The translations under genes and the position numbers were made by a program. Source: Squalus acanthias (taxonomy: Eukaryota). From it: DNA of 64,000 bases. This document shows positions 50,590 through 63,584 of the stretch, one piece after another. The notes beneath the pieces are model-generated. The model saw nothing but the letters and a program-made list of their open reading frames with translations. It was not told the DNA's origin and did no database searches. Position 1 is the first letter of the stretch. Each line of letters starts with the position of its first letter. The stretch is from NCBI GenBank assembly GCA_030390025.1, contig CM059433.1:6698001-6762000 (forward strand), read 5' to 3'.

Positions 50590-50895
50590 TGTTGATGGTA
50601 CAAAGACTAGGGGACACAGATTTAAGGTTTTGGGGCAAGAGATACGGGGGGGATGTGAGGAAAATCTTTTTTACGCAGCGATTGGTGAGGACCTGGAACT
50701 CGCTGCCGACGGAAGTGGTGGAAGCGGAGACACTCAATGTTTTCAAGGGGAGACTGGATAGGAACTTGAGGGAAATAAACTTGCAGGGCTACGGGGATAG
50801 AGCGGGGCAATGGGACTGACTGGATTGCTCCGCAGAGTGCCGGCACGGACTCAATGGGCCGAATGGCCTCCTTCTGTGCAGTTATGACTCTATGC
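50590..50895 (+). mobile_element. CR1 3' fragment
   Basis: FFTQRLVRTWNSLP; tatgactctatg tail. Confidence 0.75.
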
Positions 50896-52069
50896 TTTTT
50901 CCTGCATTTTCCCCCTTATGGATTGTCGAAGTTGCAATTTTCATTGTTCGCAACGTATAAAGGGTTTGTTGAAACTGTGAAAATTGCAGATTTGTTGAAA
51001 ATTGATCACAAACAGGATATGTATGCACACTGTCACATCGGGCACTCTTGAAAGGATTGGGACTGATACTATATAGCACAGTAAACCGATGTTGGATTTT
51101 CATGGCGATAGCTCTAAAGGAGATGCATGTTCGATACAATAGATGTTTCAATTACTGCCAAGAATCCAGGTTGTCCTCGACCCACCTGAGACTTTGCTTT
51201 GATGCCCTGACCCACCCTGTATCTTAGGCTCAGCTTTACTTCTGAATTGAGGACCTACAAATACATTCAATGCCCACTCGTCTCCCACAGCCAGCTTGGT
51301 CCTTCGTAAACTGATCTTTCCTTTGGCCGCTGCATGTGGATCCACATAAACAGTGAGGAGTAAAAAGAGGCTAAAACCAGTCAGCAGAGGTGGGAGTTGG
51401 CTTTGGTATTGGCAGTGTTGGTGGAGAAGGCAACCACCTCTTGCTCAAGACATGACTCAAACCATCCGAGAGGTCAGAAACACCCAGCGGGCAGCAGATT
51501 GCTACTGCTCCAAGAATAACAGCTGCTTCTGTCAGGCCACCTCTGCCACCAGTAATGTTACCGTACAGAGAAACACTGGGTGCGGGCAGGTAGGACAGCT
51601 CCCTCCTGGCAGTCTTAGCAATAACTATTTATTTACAGGGCTAGTAAGTGGTGGAAAGTTATACACTTGGCAATTTTAATGTTAGCATCAGGTGGAAAAG
51701 TGATTGATACCGGTTACTATCAGCAGAAATATCTAGCCCATTGTATAGTGAAATAAGGGAAGTGTGTCTATATACTGCAGACTGAGAGTGCATGTCCACT
51801 CTGTCTGGTGATTAGTCCTCATGGTAGCTGGGAAATGTAACTATTAATGAGGAATATGCTACAGGCTTTATCTTCTCAAGCGCTACTCTGTAAACGCTTC
51901 TCTCGTATTTAAAATGACAGGATCACAAATTATTTAGGATAAAGGCAGAAAGAAGGAAACTCAAGAGACAACAGTTTGGATAATTCAAATCAATGAGGAT
52001 AATAGTCTCGTAATGTTCCTGTGCCAGCTACAATTCCTATTAGATATTTTATTTTATCAAACCATTACT

Positions 52070-53785
52070 GCCCTCCCCAATTATTGCCCCTGCCAAATCC
52101 TGCCCTGCCCCCAACCTCCTGCCCTGCCCCCAACCTCTTGCCCTCCTCCAATCTCCTGCCCTGCCCCCAATCTCCTGCCCTGCCCCCAACCACCTGCCCT
52201 GCCCCAATCTCCTGCCCTGCCCCCCAACCTCCTGCCCTGCCCTCCCACCTCCTGCCCTGCCCCCCAACCTCCTGCCCTGCCCCCCACCTCCTGCCCTGCC
52301 CCCCAACCTCCTGCCCTGCCCCCCAACCTCCTGCCCTGCCCCCCACCTCCTGGCCCCCCACCTCCTGCCTGCCCCAACCTCCTGCCCTGCTCCTCCACCT
52401 CCTGCCTGCCCCTCCACCTCCTGCCCTGCCCCCCACCTCCTGGCCCTGCCCTCAACCTCCTGCCCTGCCTCACACCTCCTTGCCCTGCCTCCCACCTCCT
52501 GCCCTGCCCCCAACCTCCTGGCCCCCCCAACCTCCGCTCCCCCTGCCCCACCTCCTGCCTGCCTCCCACCTCCTGCCCTGCCTCCCACCTCCTGCCCCTG
52601 GCCCCAACCTTCCCCTGCCCTGCCCTGCCCCATCCTCCTGCCCTGCCTCCCACCTCCTGCACTGGCCCCCAACCTCCTGCCCTGCCCCCAACCTCCTGCC
52701 CTGCCCCCCAAACCTCCTGCCCTGCCCCCAACCGTCCTGCCCTGCCCCCAATCCTCCTGCCCCCCTGCCTGCCCCCAACCTCCTGCCCTGCCCCCCAACC
52801 TCCTGCCCTGCCCCCAACCTCCTGCCCTGCCCCCCAACCTCCTGCCCCTGCCTCACACCTCCTGCCCTGCCCCCCAACATCCTGCCCTGCCCCCCACCTC
52901 CTGCCCTGCCCCCCACCTCCTGCCCTGCCCCCCAACCTCCTGCCCTGGCCCCCTCACCTCCTGCCCTGCCCCCCACCACCTGCCCTGCCCCCCACCTCCT
53001 GCCCTGCCCCCCCATCCTCCTGCCCCTCAACCTCCTGCCCTGCCCCCCACCTCCTGCCCTGCCCCCCAACCTCCTGCCCTGCCCCCCACCTCCTGCCCTG
53101 CCCCCCAACCTCCTGCCCTGGCCTCACACCTCCTGCCCTGCCCCCCCACCTCCTGCCCTGCCCCCCAACCTCCTGCCCTGCCTCACACCTCCTGCCCTGC
53201 CCCCAACCTCCTGCCCTGCCCTCCAACCTCCTGCCCTGCCCCCAACCTCCTGCCCCTCAACCTCCTGCCCTGCCCTCCAACCTCCTGCCCTGCCCCCCAA
53301 CCTCCTGCCCCTCAAACCTCCTGCCCTGCCCCCAACCTCCTGCCCTGCCCCCAACCTCCTGCCCCTCAACCTCCTGCCCTGCCCCAACTCCTGCCCTGCC
53401 CCCAACCTCCTGCCCTGCCCTCCCACCTCCTGCCCTGCCCCCAACCTCCTGCCCTGCCCCCCAACCTCCTGCCCCTCAACCTCCTGCCCTGCCCCCAACC
53501 TCCTGCCCTGCCCCCAACCTCCTGCCCTGCCCTCCCACCTCCTGCCCTGCCCCCAACCTCCTGCCCTGCCTCCCACCTCCTGCCCTGCCCCCCAACCTCC
53601 TGCCCTGCCCTCCCACCTCCTGCCCTGCCCCCAACCTCTTGCCCTGCCCTCCAACCTCTTGCCCTGCCCTCCAACCTCCTGCCCTGCCCTCCAACCTCCT
53701 GCCCTGCCCTCCAACCTCCTGCCCTGCCCCCCAACCTCCTGCCCCTCAACCTCCTGCCCTGCCCCCCAACCTCCTGCCCTGCCTC
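52070..53785. repeat. ~1.7-kb C-rich minisatellite (unit ~19-21 bp, cctcctgccctgcccccaa)
   Basis: Directly visible tandem array in the GRHL1 intron between the exons at 54087 and 50495. Confidence 0.97.
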
Positions 53786-54086
53786 CAGAATGATGACTTT
53801 CCCCGAGGTGCTGGAGGTTAGCCACCAGCGGGAACCATGCTAAAGTACAGTCAGCACTTCAGGAGGAGAGGGAAGAATATTGGATTGAAAGAAATCTCTG
53901 CTTTCCCTCACTCAACAGAGTTGCTGTATAACCTACACTATCAGACGTGCTGTTGACACTGGCATCTTTACTGCACTGCAGTATATCTGGGACATAAATA
54001 AACTCAAATACAATGGAGAATCAAACATACTAAGAGTGAACTATATATCAGCATGAATTTTGAAATGAATTGAAGAACAAACTTAC

Positions 54087-54124
54087 CCTTCACCTTCGAG
54101 CTCATCTGCTCCAACAGTGAATCC
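54087..54124 (-). CDS. GRHL1: GRHL1 short exon (~exon 12)
   Basis: GFTVGADELEGE(G), resembling GRHL1 ...EELEGEG; 38 nt; cacag acceptor and gtaagt donor. Confidence 0.85.
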
Positions 54125-54728
54125 CTGTGAAAAGACACAGGATGCCCTCACTAGTTAATCCGACTATAATAAAATCCCAATTGTCATAAAGCTTAATAAC
54201 TTGGAGTATCCCTGCTTCAGTAATCAACCAACCAATCCACAAGTTCAGAATTAACTAACCAATGGCCTTGGAGAGCTTAGGTTGATTTGAGGAGCAGAAA
54301 TCATCTGCTTGTAAGTTCCTGCAGTGAAGTATAAATAATTTCTGTAGTTCTAGACACATGGGAGGCAGATTTTCCCTTTATGTGTTTGAGGATATTATAT
54401 AATATAGGATATATAATCTCTTAAAATCATGTATAAATCCAACAATATCAAGAAAGTATTAATAGTGAACAATTTTTAAGAAAAAAAAGTGTTGTAGGCC
54501 ACTGAAGTTGAACTCTCTTTTTCTGATGAAATAACTGTTTATACCCCAGCTGAAAAGGAAATGTCGGAAGCGATTCTGTTTTTCTTGAAAAGTAAATGAC
54601 TTCTGCAGCGTTGTCAGGTAACGCATTATGTTACTGCAATGCTAAAAGCGAAATCAGCGACGGTACAAATCATTCACAAACACCTTTTATGACAAACAAG
54701 CTCATATCAAACTAAAGGCGAGACGTAC

Positions 54729-54856
54729 AAGCACAGGTCGCTGCTGGACGTCAGGAATGAAGAGAACTGGCTGCATGATGAGGTCGGAAATGGATTTGAA
54801 GATAGTGACCTCCGTCTGCTTGTAGTTGGGAATCAACGGTAACTTTGCGTCGTGGA
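54729..54856 (-). CDS. GRHL1: GRHL1 exon (~exon 11)
   Basis: HDAKLPLIPNYKQTEVTIFKSISDLIMQPVLFIPDVQQRPVL, containing the grainyhead QPVLFIPDV motif; 128 nt; gcag acceptor and gtacgt donor. Confidence 0.88.
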
Positions 54857-55551
54857 CTGCAAACAGGAATCACAAAATGAGAGTAATGAGAAAGGATCAT
54901 GCAATGACCAATGGTGATGAATTGCATTAGTTGGGGACTTGGCCCGTTACATATTAAAGTGACATGGTTGAGGTTTTTTTTTCCCCCAATGTATTTTTGA
55001 AAAAGATCAAAAAATTAACCAGCAAGTGTTAAACCTACAGACGATTAAATGTTAGCTGCCTACAATTAAATGACCATTATTCAGAAGTTGGTTGTTTATA
55101 AGATTGTGTCTGTAACAGTACTTTTAATAAGTGGTAGAGCAATGTCCTTATCCTCTGGCATTGGACCTACACACTTCTGTAACCTACCGTACAACAAATC
55201 CTCACTGGAATCCCCAACTATATCCACTATTTATACAATAATCTCCACAAGAAAAATACCTCAAAATTGATAATTATTCCATAAGGCAAAGAAACGTAAA
55301 GTATGTTTCAATGACCTCCTGAAAAATGCTGCAAATCTAGTATATAGGTCAAATTGAAAAAAAAGATATTTGCAGAATTCACAGGTTGTTCTTATTTTGA
55401 AAACTGATAAACGTCACAATTACCATGTAAAAAAAATCAAAATGAAATGACCCCCCCTAAGCGCAATCCGTAACCTCAAAACCTGTGCACACAATCCAAC
55501 ATGTGACACCTTTCTCCTGGTTTTGTAACTTTTACATACTTCAATACTCAC

Positions 55552-55639
55552 AGGTGTTCAGATGGGAACTGCCATCATTGGATTTGGGCTTTTTACGAGA
55601 TTGCTTACGCTCTTCATCGCGTATCTTTCGCTCGGCACC
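55552..55639 (-). CDS. GRHL1: GRHL1 exon (~exon 10)
   Basis: GAERKIRDEERKQSRKKPKSNDGSSHLNT; acceptor tacag and donor gtgagt; 88 nt, phase fits the next exon. Confidence 0.85.
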
Positions 55640-55777
55640 CTGTACATCAATGTCATGTGGGGGGGATAAAAAAAATAATCATCTTACTAATCTTACTGCC
55701 GTTTCCAAGATTATTTATGCGGAATTAAAAGAGAAATCGTTTCAAGCAGGTCATCTCAATTCATCTCATCTCAGGAC

Positions 55778-56262
55778 GATTCACTCGGTTGATTCCTGAG
55801 ATGAAGGGGTTGACTTATGAGGAAAGGTTGAGTAGGTTGGGCCTATACTCATTGGAGTTTAGAAGAATGAGAGGTGATCTTACTGAAACATATAAAATAC
55901 TGAGGGGGCTCGATAAGGTAGATGCAAAGAGGATGTTTCCCCTCGTAGGGGATCTAGAACTCGGGGGCATAGTTTCAGAATAAAGGGTCGCCCTTTTACA
56001 ACTGAGATGAGGAGGAATTTCTTCTCTCAGAGGGTCGTAAATCTATGGAATTCTCTGCCCCAGAGAGCTGTGGAGGCTGGGTCATTAAATACATTTAAGG
56101 TGGAGATAGACAGATTTTTGCAAGATAAGGGAGTGAAGGGTTATGGGGAGCGGGCAGGGAAGTGGCTTTGAGCCCAAGATCAGCCATGATCTTATTGAAT
56201 GGCGGAGCAGGCTCGAGGGGCCAAGTGGCCTATTCCTGCTCCTATTTCTTATGTTCTTATGT
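55778..56262 (+). mobile_element. CR1 3' fragment
   Basis: YEERLSRLGLYSLEFRRMRGDL; cttatgtt tail. Confidence 0.88.
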
Positions 56263-56659
56263 TTTCAATAACATGGCCACCCAACATAGCTCCCCTCACA
56301 TAGTTTTATTGCAGCACAGGCCCCTGCGTACAGGAGTTCAGTCCGCAACACGAGTTACTCAGCACAAAGAGGGAGCCTTCCTCCCTCTCCCCGAAGTATT
56401 GGTAGCTGAATACTGGTCGGATTTTCAGTGAAAAAGTCCCAGGTATTGTACTAGTTTGCAAAAAAAATATTGCTCCAACAAGCAACTAAAAAGGCAATAT
56501 ACTCTAAATAATAGCCGACTTTTGCATTGAGAAATCTCCCTCTGGCCTATTGAGCTTATGGAACAAAGAGTCACAGGGAGAAGAATGTGACAATTTTCGT
56601 GGCGTGTCTCAAGAACAAAGCAGAGGTGTTGGTTGGTGAATAACTTGGTCAAATAGACT

Positions 56660-56828
56660 GGAGGTAATTTTAGCTTTGGACGAGAGTGTAAAATGGGCAA
56701 TATTGGATCCGCCGGCCACTGTACACCTCTCTCGATTTTCATTTCTATTGACTTCAATTGATGTGTAACGGGTGGCCAATCCGATATCGCCCGTTTTACA
56801 CTCTTGCCAAAAGTCAAAATTACCCCCC
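56660..56828. mobile_element. Small hairpin-like MITE with ~50-bp inverted arms
   Basis: ggaggtaattttagctttggacgagagtgtaaaatgggc pairs with gcccgttttacactcttgccaaaagtcaaaattacccccc. Confidence 0.7.
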
Positions 56829-57717
56829 ATTATCTTTTAAATAATGCTAAATTTGCCTCGATGAGGCCGCTACCTAAACAAGGCTGGTATTTAGAGAAGG
56901 GCACTGCATTATTCTCTTCCCGTCTATGTGCATTTATCATTTATTTTTCAATTGTTTAGGAATGTAAATATGCAATGAGAAAAGGGCACTTTGATCATCA
57001 GGCCTGTTCCCTTTGCTGATAAAGTGCAATTTACCCTATTACACGATACTGTGAGGAATGTGCTGGACAAGTTGTAACTTTATACGAGATTGCAGATGTG
57101 AGTCCTTATTATACTGCTGCCTAGCTGCCCTGCTGTTTTACCATCTACGAAACGTATTCTGTACAAAACTTTCTTTAACTTAAAGACAGACTTGCATTTA
57201 TTTATGTGGCACTTTTTGATGACCTCAGGACGTCCCAAAATGCTTTACAGTCAATGAAGTACTTTTTTTTTTTGAAGTGTAGTCATTGTTGTACAGGTAC
57301 TTGGGAAGATTCTGTCACCACAGGGGGGGACTTGGCAAGGTGCCACTCCCGACGTGGAGCAAGCTGGTCCATTAAAAGCTACAGAAGAGAATGTCTCCCT
57401 TCTTCGGCCCGTGCAGTCCCAGACACAGGAGGGGCTGGGAACTAACCTCTTGGTTGAACACCACCGCCAATCCTCCCAAGCACAAAGTACAAAATGGTGG
57501 AGGGAGCAGTGCTGCGGCTCCATAAAAAATAATGCACTCGGTCATTTCCTTATTGTTTCTACGTAAGGAGGTGTGTTACAAATTCACGCTACGAGCGTGG
57601 AGCTTTACAGTTTAGTACTCGGTGCAAACTAACCACATATTGTCTGTCTGCATGACCTATGCTTGATCAAAGAAAAAAAGCACCATAAAGGGTAAAATTA
57701 AGCCCCTGATTCCATCA

Positions 57718-57921
<204 letters not shown>

Positions 57922-58606
57922 TTAGAGATAAAGTAGTGAAGCAGACAATCACTTTAGCTGCACTGTGACAGCAGTGAACACTGGCCCATATTTAGTTTCA
58001 ATACCACAATGTCAAAGTGGGAGATAAAGAGGTTGATTTTTCGAGGCTTCCGTTTCCAGCCCAGAGCTTCACCAGTAGCAAGTGTGGTGATGAAGACAGC
58101 AGCCCATGCTAATCGCTAGTGTGGCTCTGCACCAGGAGCGGTGCCTCGCAAACCTACCCCATCAATCACTAGATCAGATATGCAAGGATTTATCAGTAGA
58201 CTTGAACATATGACCTGTCTGTCCCTTGGGTGAGTTTATCACATTCAGTATTTACACTGGAAAGGGTCGATACCTGTATTGATCTATCCCTACAACTAGC
58301 ATATTAGATGGGCTGGAACACTGAAATGAAAACATGACCAGCATGTATAGAAAAGCACTGTTTCTGGTTTCCTACTTGCGCTGAAAACTCCATTTTATAG
58401 ACCTGGTTTGGGGGGGGGGAAGGTGAGGGGGGGGAGGGGGGGGGAGGAAAGGGGAGAGATTTCCTCAGTGGGCTACGGGAAATAATAAAATCACAATCCA
58501 GAACTGGCGTATAATTTTGTTATACATACGCTACAGAGGTAATCTCCCATGCATTTAAAAAACAATTACTGTCTATGTCATGATCGAAATCCATTGATTA
58601 CAGAGA

Positions 58607-59115
58607 ATTAAGAACATAAGAAATAAGAGCAGGAGTAGGTCATACGGCCCCTTGAGCCTGCTCCGCCATTCAATAAGATCATTGCTGATCATCGATCTCA
58701 ACTCCACTTTCCCGCCCGATCTCCATATCCCTTGATTCCCCGAGAGTCCAAAAATCTGTCCATCTCAGCCTTCAATATACTCAAAGACTCAGCATTCACA
58801 GCCCTCTGGGGCAGAGAATTCCAAAGATTCACAACCCTCTGAGTGAAGAAATTCCTCCTCATCTCGGTCTTAAATGGCCGACCCCTTATCCTGAGACTGT
58901 GGCCCCTAGTTCTAGACACTCCAGCCAGGGGAAACAACCTCTCAGCATCTACCCTGTCAATCTCCTTCAGAATCTTGTATGTTTCAATGAGATCACCTCT
59001 CATTCTTCTAAACTCCAGAGAGTATAGGCCCATTCTACATAATCTCTCATCAAAGGACAGCCCTCTCATCCCAGGAATCAATCTAGTGAACCTTCGTTAC
59101 ACCGCCTCCAAGGCA
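58607..59115 (-). mobile_element. CR1 3' fragment
   Basis: 127-aa CR1 C-terminal ORF; tail. Confidence 0.88.
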
Positions 59116-59279
59116 ATTCCTTCAGACAATAATATGTAGAATAATTATGGAAAGACTAACTGCTTTTTTGTGGCTCCTTCTACACAGTTGTCTTGTCCAC
59201 AGGTGAAAAATACAGCCACCAAAGTGTGGCACATTTTCATTTACATGCAACTAAAAATTTTATTTTTCAAATCAGAAAG

Positions 59280-60190
59280 AAAACACTTGCGTTTACATAA
59301 CTTCTCACATCCTCAGAATGTCCCAAAGCACGTTACAGTCAATGAATTACTTTTTAAACACAGTCACGGTCATTATTTAGGCAGACAGGACAGCCAATTT
59401 GTACACAACCAGGTCTCACAAACAGTAAATAAGATAAGTGACCAGTTAAGAGTTGGTTGAGGGAGGAATGTTGGTCAAGACACAGACGATCTTCTTACTC
59501 TTCTACCAATTGTGTCACAGAACCTTTTATGTCAGTCTGAACAGGCAAACGGGGCTTCTGTTGAGAATTTCTTTCTTCCACCCCCTGCTTAGCATTTCAA
59601 ATGGAAGAGACCACCTCCAACAACGCAGCATTCCCTCAGTGCACTGCAGTGACAGCCCAGATTCCTTCCTCAAAACCTGAAGTGGGGCTTGAACCCACAA
59701 CCTTCTGACTCAGAAAACCTGGCCAATTACTGCCCTATTAACCTCCTCCCAATTATCAGTAAGTGATGGAATGAGTCATCGACAGATGCAAGAGCTGAAT
59801 GCCAGAGGAGGTGAAAGTAGCTTCCCACAACATCAAAACAGCATTTGAGCAAGTATGGTGCCGAGGAGCCCTAGCAAAACTGATGTCAATGGGAGACAAA
59901 GGATAAAACCCCTCCAGTGGCTGGAGTCATACCTGACGCAAAGAAAAGTGGCTGTGGTTGTCCGAGGCCAGTCATCCCAGTCCCAGGACATTACTACAGG
60001 AGTTCCAAAGGGAATCATTCCGAGTCCAAACATCTTAAGCTGCTTACCGACCTTACATCATTGCGGGAGCACCATCATCACAAGGACTCCCAACAGTTCA
60101 AGGAGAAGGCCCAGCATCACCTTCTCAGGGCAACTAGGGATGTGCAATAAATGCGGGCCTGCCAGTATTACCAACACCCCAAGAACAAAT
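59280..60190. mobile_element. Decayed SacSINE1-like copy (-) followed by a decayed, deleted LINE family B copy (+)
   Basis: ggggcttgaacccacaaccttctgactcag is the reverse complement of the SINE head; WLESYLTQRKVAVVV...QDITTGVP. Confidence 0.6.
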
Positions 60191-61034
60191 AATAATTTTT
60201 AAATTCTGAGCGAAGGCAGCGCTGGAGAGCCCCACTGAGAATAATCCCGACGTAACTGATGGGATTTTACAGGGCCCATATCCCCAACTGAACATGGCAG
60301 GTGTGGTACAAAACAGGCGAAAGAGTTATATAGAGTGAGAAAGTCTGAAAGGAATAAAGAACATTCAAGCTGACAAGCCAGCTCCTTCAAATGGACCACA
60401 CACAGTTTCTGCTGTCAGAGATAGTGGCATACAAACTGAATGCAAATGGCGCCAATAAGAGAGAGAAAAAAAACCAGCTTTTGTTTCCAAGCAGAGTTTA
60501 ATTAGATATAAAGTGGAGACACCCATGAATAAGGTTATCACATAGATGTCATTTTACAACTTTGCAGCCCTAATTGCTCCAATTATATATGAAATAGGCC
60601 TGGGATACTGAAAGCCACTCAACGTGTTTGGACAGGTCCATCAAAGAATGGAAACCACCTACTTGTACCTTCTCTTTCAGTATGTGGTGCCCTCTGCTGA
60701 CAACATGTAGCAGCAACTTTTTTTTCTGCCTATTTGGCAACATATTAGAAAGTTACAACCAGAGAAAACGGTAACGTCTCCCAAAATTGACCCTGGGGAA
60801 TGCAGGGAGCATAGGGTAACTCGGAGAAATTGTACAGGGGTACCATCAGGCAATACATTTACCATCAGGCAATAGCTTTTCCACAACCAGATACCTGTTC
60901 CTGTATTCTTGGTTCAGTAAGTGATGGTTAACTCTGTGTTTAACCTTCTACTTATAAAGGGACACCATACTACAGTTCTGTGATGAAATGGACACAACTT
61001 TCCTCAGTCAAAATGATACACATTGACCCAGCTA

Positions 61035-62130
61035 CATAGAATATACGGCACAGAAGCAGGCCATGCCAGCGTTTATGCTCCATTCGAACCACCTCCCATG
61101 CATTCTCATCTAACTCTATCAGCATAATCCTCTATTCCCTTCTCCCTCATGCACTTATCCAGCTTCCCCTTAAATGCATCCTACTATTCGCTTCAACCAC
61201 TCCCTGTGGTAGCGAGTTCCACATTCTCACCACTCTCTGGGTAAAGAAGTTTCTTTTGAAATTCCTCATTTGATTTCTTGGTGACTATCTTATATTGATA
61301 GTTTTTAGTTTTGCTCTTCCCCACAAGTGGAAACATTCTCTCTGTATCCACTCTATCAAAACCTTTCATAATTTTAAAGACCTCTATTAGGTCACCCCTC
61401 AGCCTTCTCTTTTCAAGACAAAAGAGACCCAGCCTGTTCATCCTTTCCTGAAATGTATAACCTCACAGTTGTGGTATCATCCTTGTAAATCCTTTTCTGC
61501 ACCCTCTCCAGTGTCTCTATATCCATTTTATAATATGGCGACCAGAACTGTACACAATACAATACATATCTACAAGATACACTACAGCAGGTGTATGGGA
61601 ACACCACCACCTCCAAGTTCCCCTCCAAGTCACACACTATCAAAACTTGGAAATATATCGGCCGATCCTTCATCGTCGCTGGGTCAAAATCCTGGAACTC
61701 CCTCCCGAACAGCACTGTGGGAGCCCCTTCACCACACGGACTGCAGCGGTTCAAGGCGCCGGCTCTCCACCACCTTCTCAAGGGCAATTAGGGATGGGCA
61801 ATAAATGCTGGCCTTGCCTGCGACGCCCACATCCCATGAACGAATAAAAAAAATACTCCAAGTGTGGTCTAACCAAGTTCGATACAAGTTGAGCATAACT
61901 TCTCTACTTTTCAATTCTATCCCTCTAGAAATAAACCCTCGTGCTTGGTTTGTTTTTGTTATGGCCTTATTGCCCTTATTGTGTCACAACTTTCAGTGAT
62001 TTGTGTATTTGTACTCCCAGAACCCTTTCTTCCTCTATCCCATTTAGATTCTTATTTCCCAAGTAATATGTGACCTCCTTATTTTTCTTATTAAAATGTA
62101 ATACCCATGTTGAAATTCATTTGCCAATTC
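61035..62130 (-). mobile_element. CR1 fragment with nested LINE family B 3' end (+, ~61565-61852)
   Basis: CR1 resumes after the insertion; aatac duplicated at the junctions. Confidence 0.8.
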
Positions 62131-62994
62131 TGCAACCGATGTACCTGTTCAGAAAAATCTTGCACACTTATATGTGGTGGATATTTCATAGGCTGGTGTA
62201 GATCAATAGAACAATAATCTGCTGTCTTCCTTATCAACTCATGTTCAGAACCCACTCTTCTCGCAATTTGATGGCTGAATGTTGAACAAACCATCCTCCG
62301 CTATTAATCAAAACTAGGCCAAAAAAAACCCCAGCAAATTTATCACCACCGTACAACTAATCCGTGTGAATAGGGTCATTGTTGCTATCTAGAACAAGAT
62401 CGCATCAGGAGTTTGTCATGGATATTGCGCTCTGTCCATATTTCCATCAATAGCTTCATTATTTTAAGGTTGGAAATGACCCAAAAAAAAAAATTTCACG
62501 TGGAATTTTTATTCATTAATGCAGTAAGTCGGTGCCTTGTACAGTCCAGTATCCTAGGAGTTCTGTCCTGATTTTTATGCCAACTGGCTGACTAGCATAA
62601 AAAAATCATTCGTGCAAGCATACATTTTGCACCTTGCATTTTTCAGTCCATAAATGCCTGCTTTTATGGTGCACAATATTAATATTAATATTGCTGGGTC
62701 AACAGGAGGTCGCAGATATTCTTTAGGCATTCTCCAAATGTTTAAGTGTTAAATACAGAAATTATCTCATAGGAAAGCATGAGGGAGTTGTGTAGGTCTC
62801 AGCTAAATGTAAAATAATATGTATATTTAACGCCTAAATGGTATTATTTTTGAAGAAACAACGCAGTTGATGCTTTATTTGTCCTCTCAATATTTGTCTT
62901 TGTCAGAGGTCTTTCCTGTTCGTGTAATTTAAAAAAAATATATTCAACAACAGCAACATTTTGCACGTGTATAGCACGTTTAACATAATAAACA

Positions 62995-63570
62995 GTTATA
63001 CAGGGCATTGGTGAGACCACATCTGGAGTACTGTGTACAGTATTGGTCTCCTTATTTAAGGAAGGATGTAAATGCGCTGGAAGCAGTTCAGAGAAGGTTT
63101 ACTAGACTAATACCTGGAATGGGCGGGTTGTCTTATGAGGAAAGGCTGGACAGGCTAGGCTTGTATCCGCTGGAGTTTAGAAGAGTAAGAGATGACTTGA
63201 TTGAAACATATAAGATCCTGAGGGGTCTGGACAGGGTGGATGTGGAGAGGATGTTTCCTCTTGTGGGAGAATCGAGAACTAGGGGTCACTGTTTAAAAAT
63301 AAGGGGTCGCCCATTTAAGACAGAGATGAGGAGAATTTTTTCTCACAGAGGGTCGTGAGTCTTTGGAACTCTCTTCCTCAGAGGGCGGTAGAAGCAGAGT
63401 CTTTGAATATTTTTAAGGCAGAGGTAGATAGATTCTTGGTAAGCAAGGGGGGTGAAAGGTTATCGGGGGTAGGCGGGAATGTGGAGTAATCGGATCAGCC
63501 GTGATCTCATTGAATGGTGGAGCAGGCTCGAGGGGCCGAGTGGCCTACTCCTGCTCCTAATTCGTATGTA
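62995..63570 (+). mobile_element. Young CR1 3' fragment
   Basis: Near-identical to 30307-30887. Confidence 0.9.
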
Positions 63571-63584
63571 CATATGTTTGTATA

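Noticed and set aside
52013..53825. Long Pro-rich and Gly-rich ORFs (602 aa, 590 aa and others)
   Set aside because: Open in several frames only because the minisatellite lacks stop codons; intronic, with no evidence of coding
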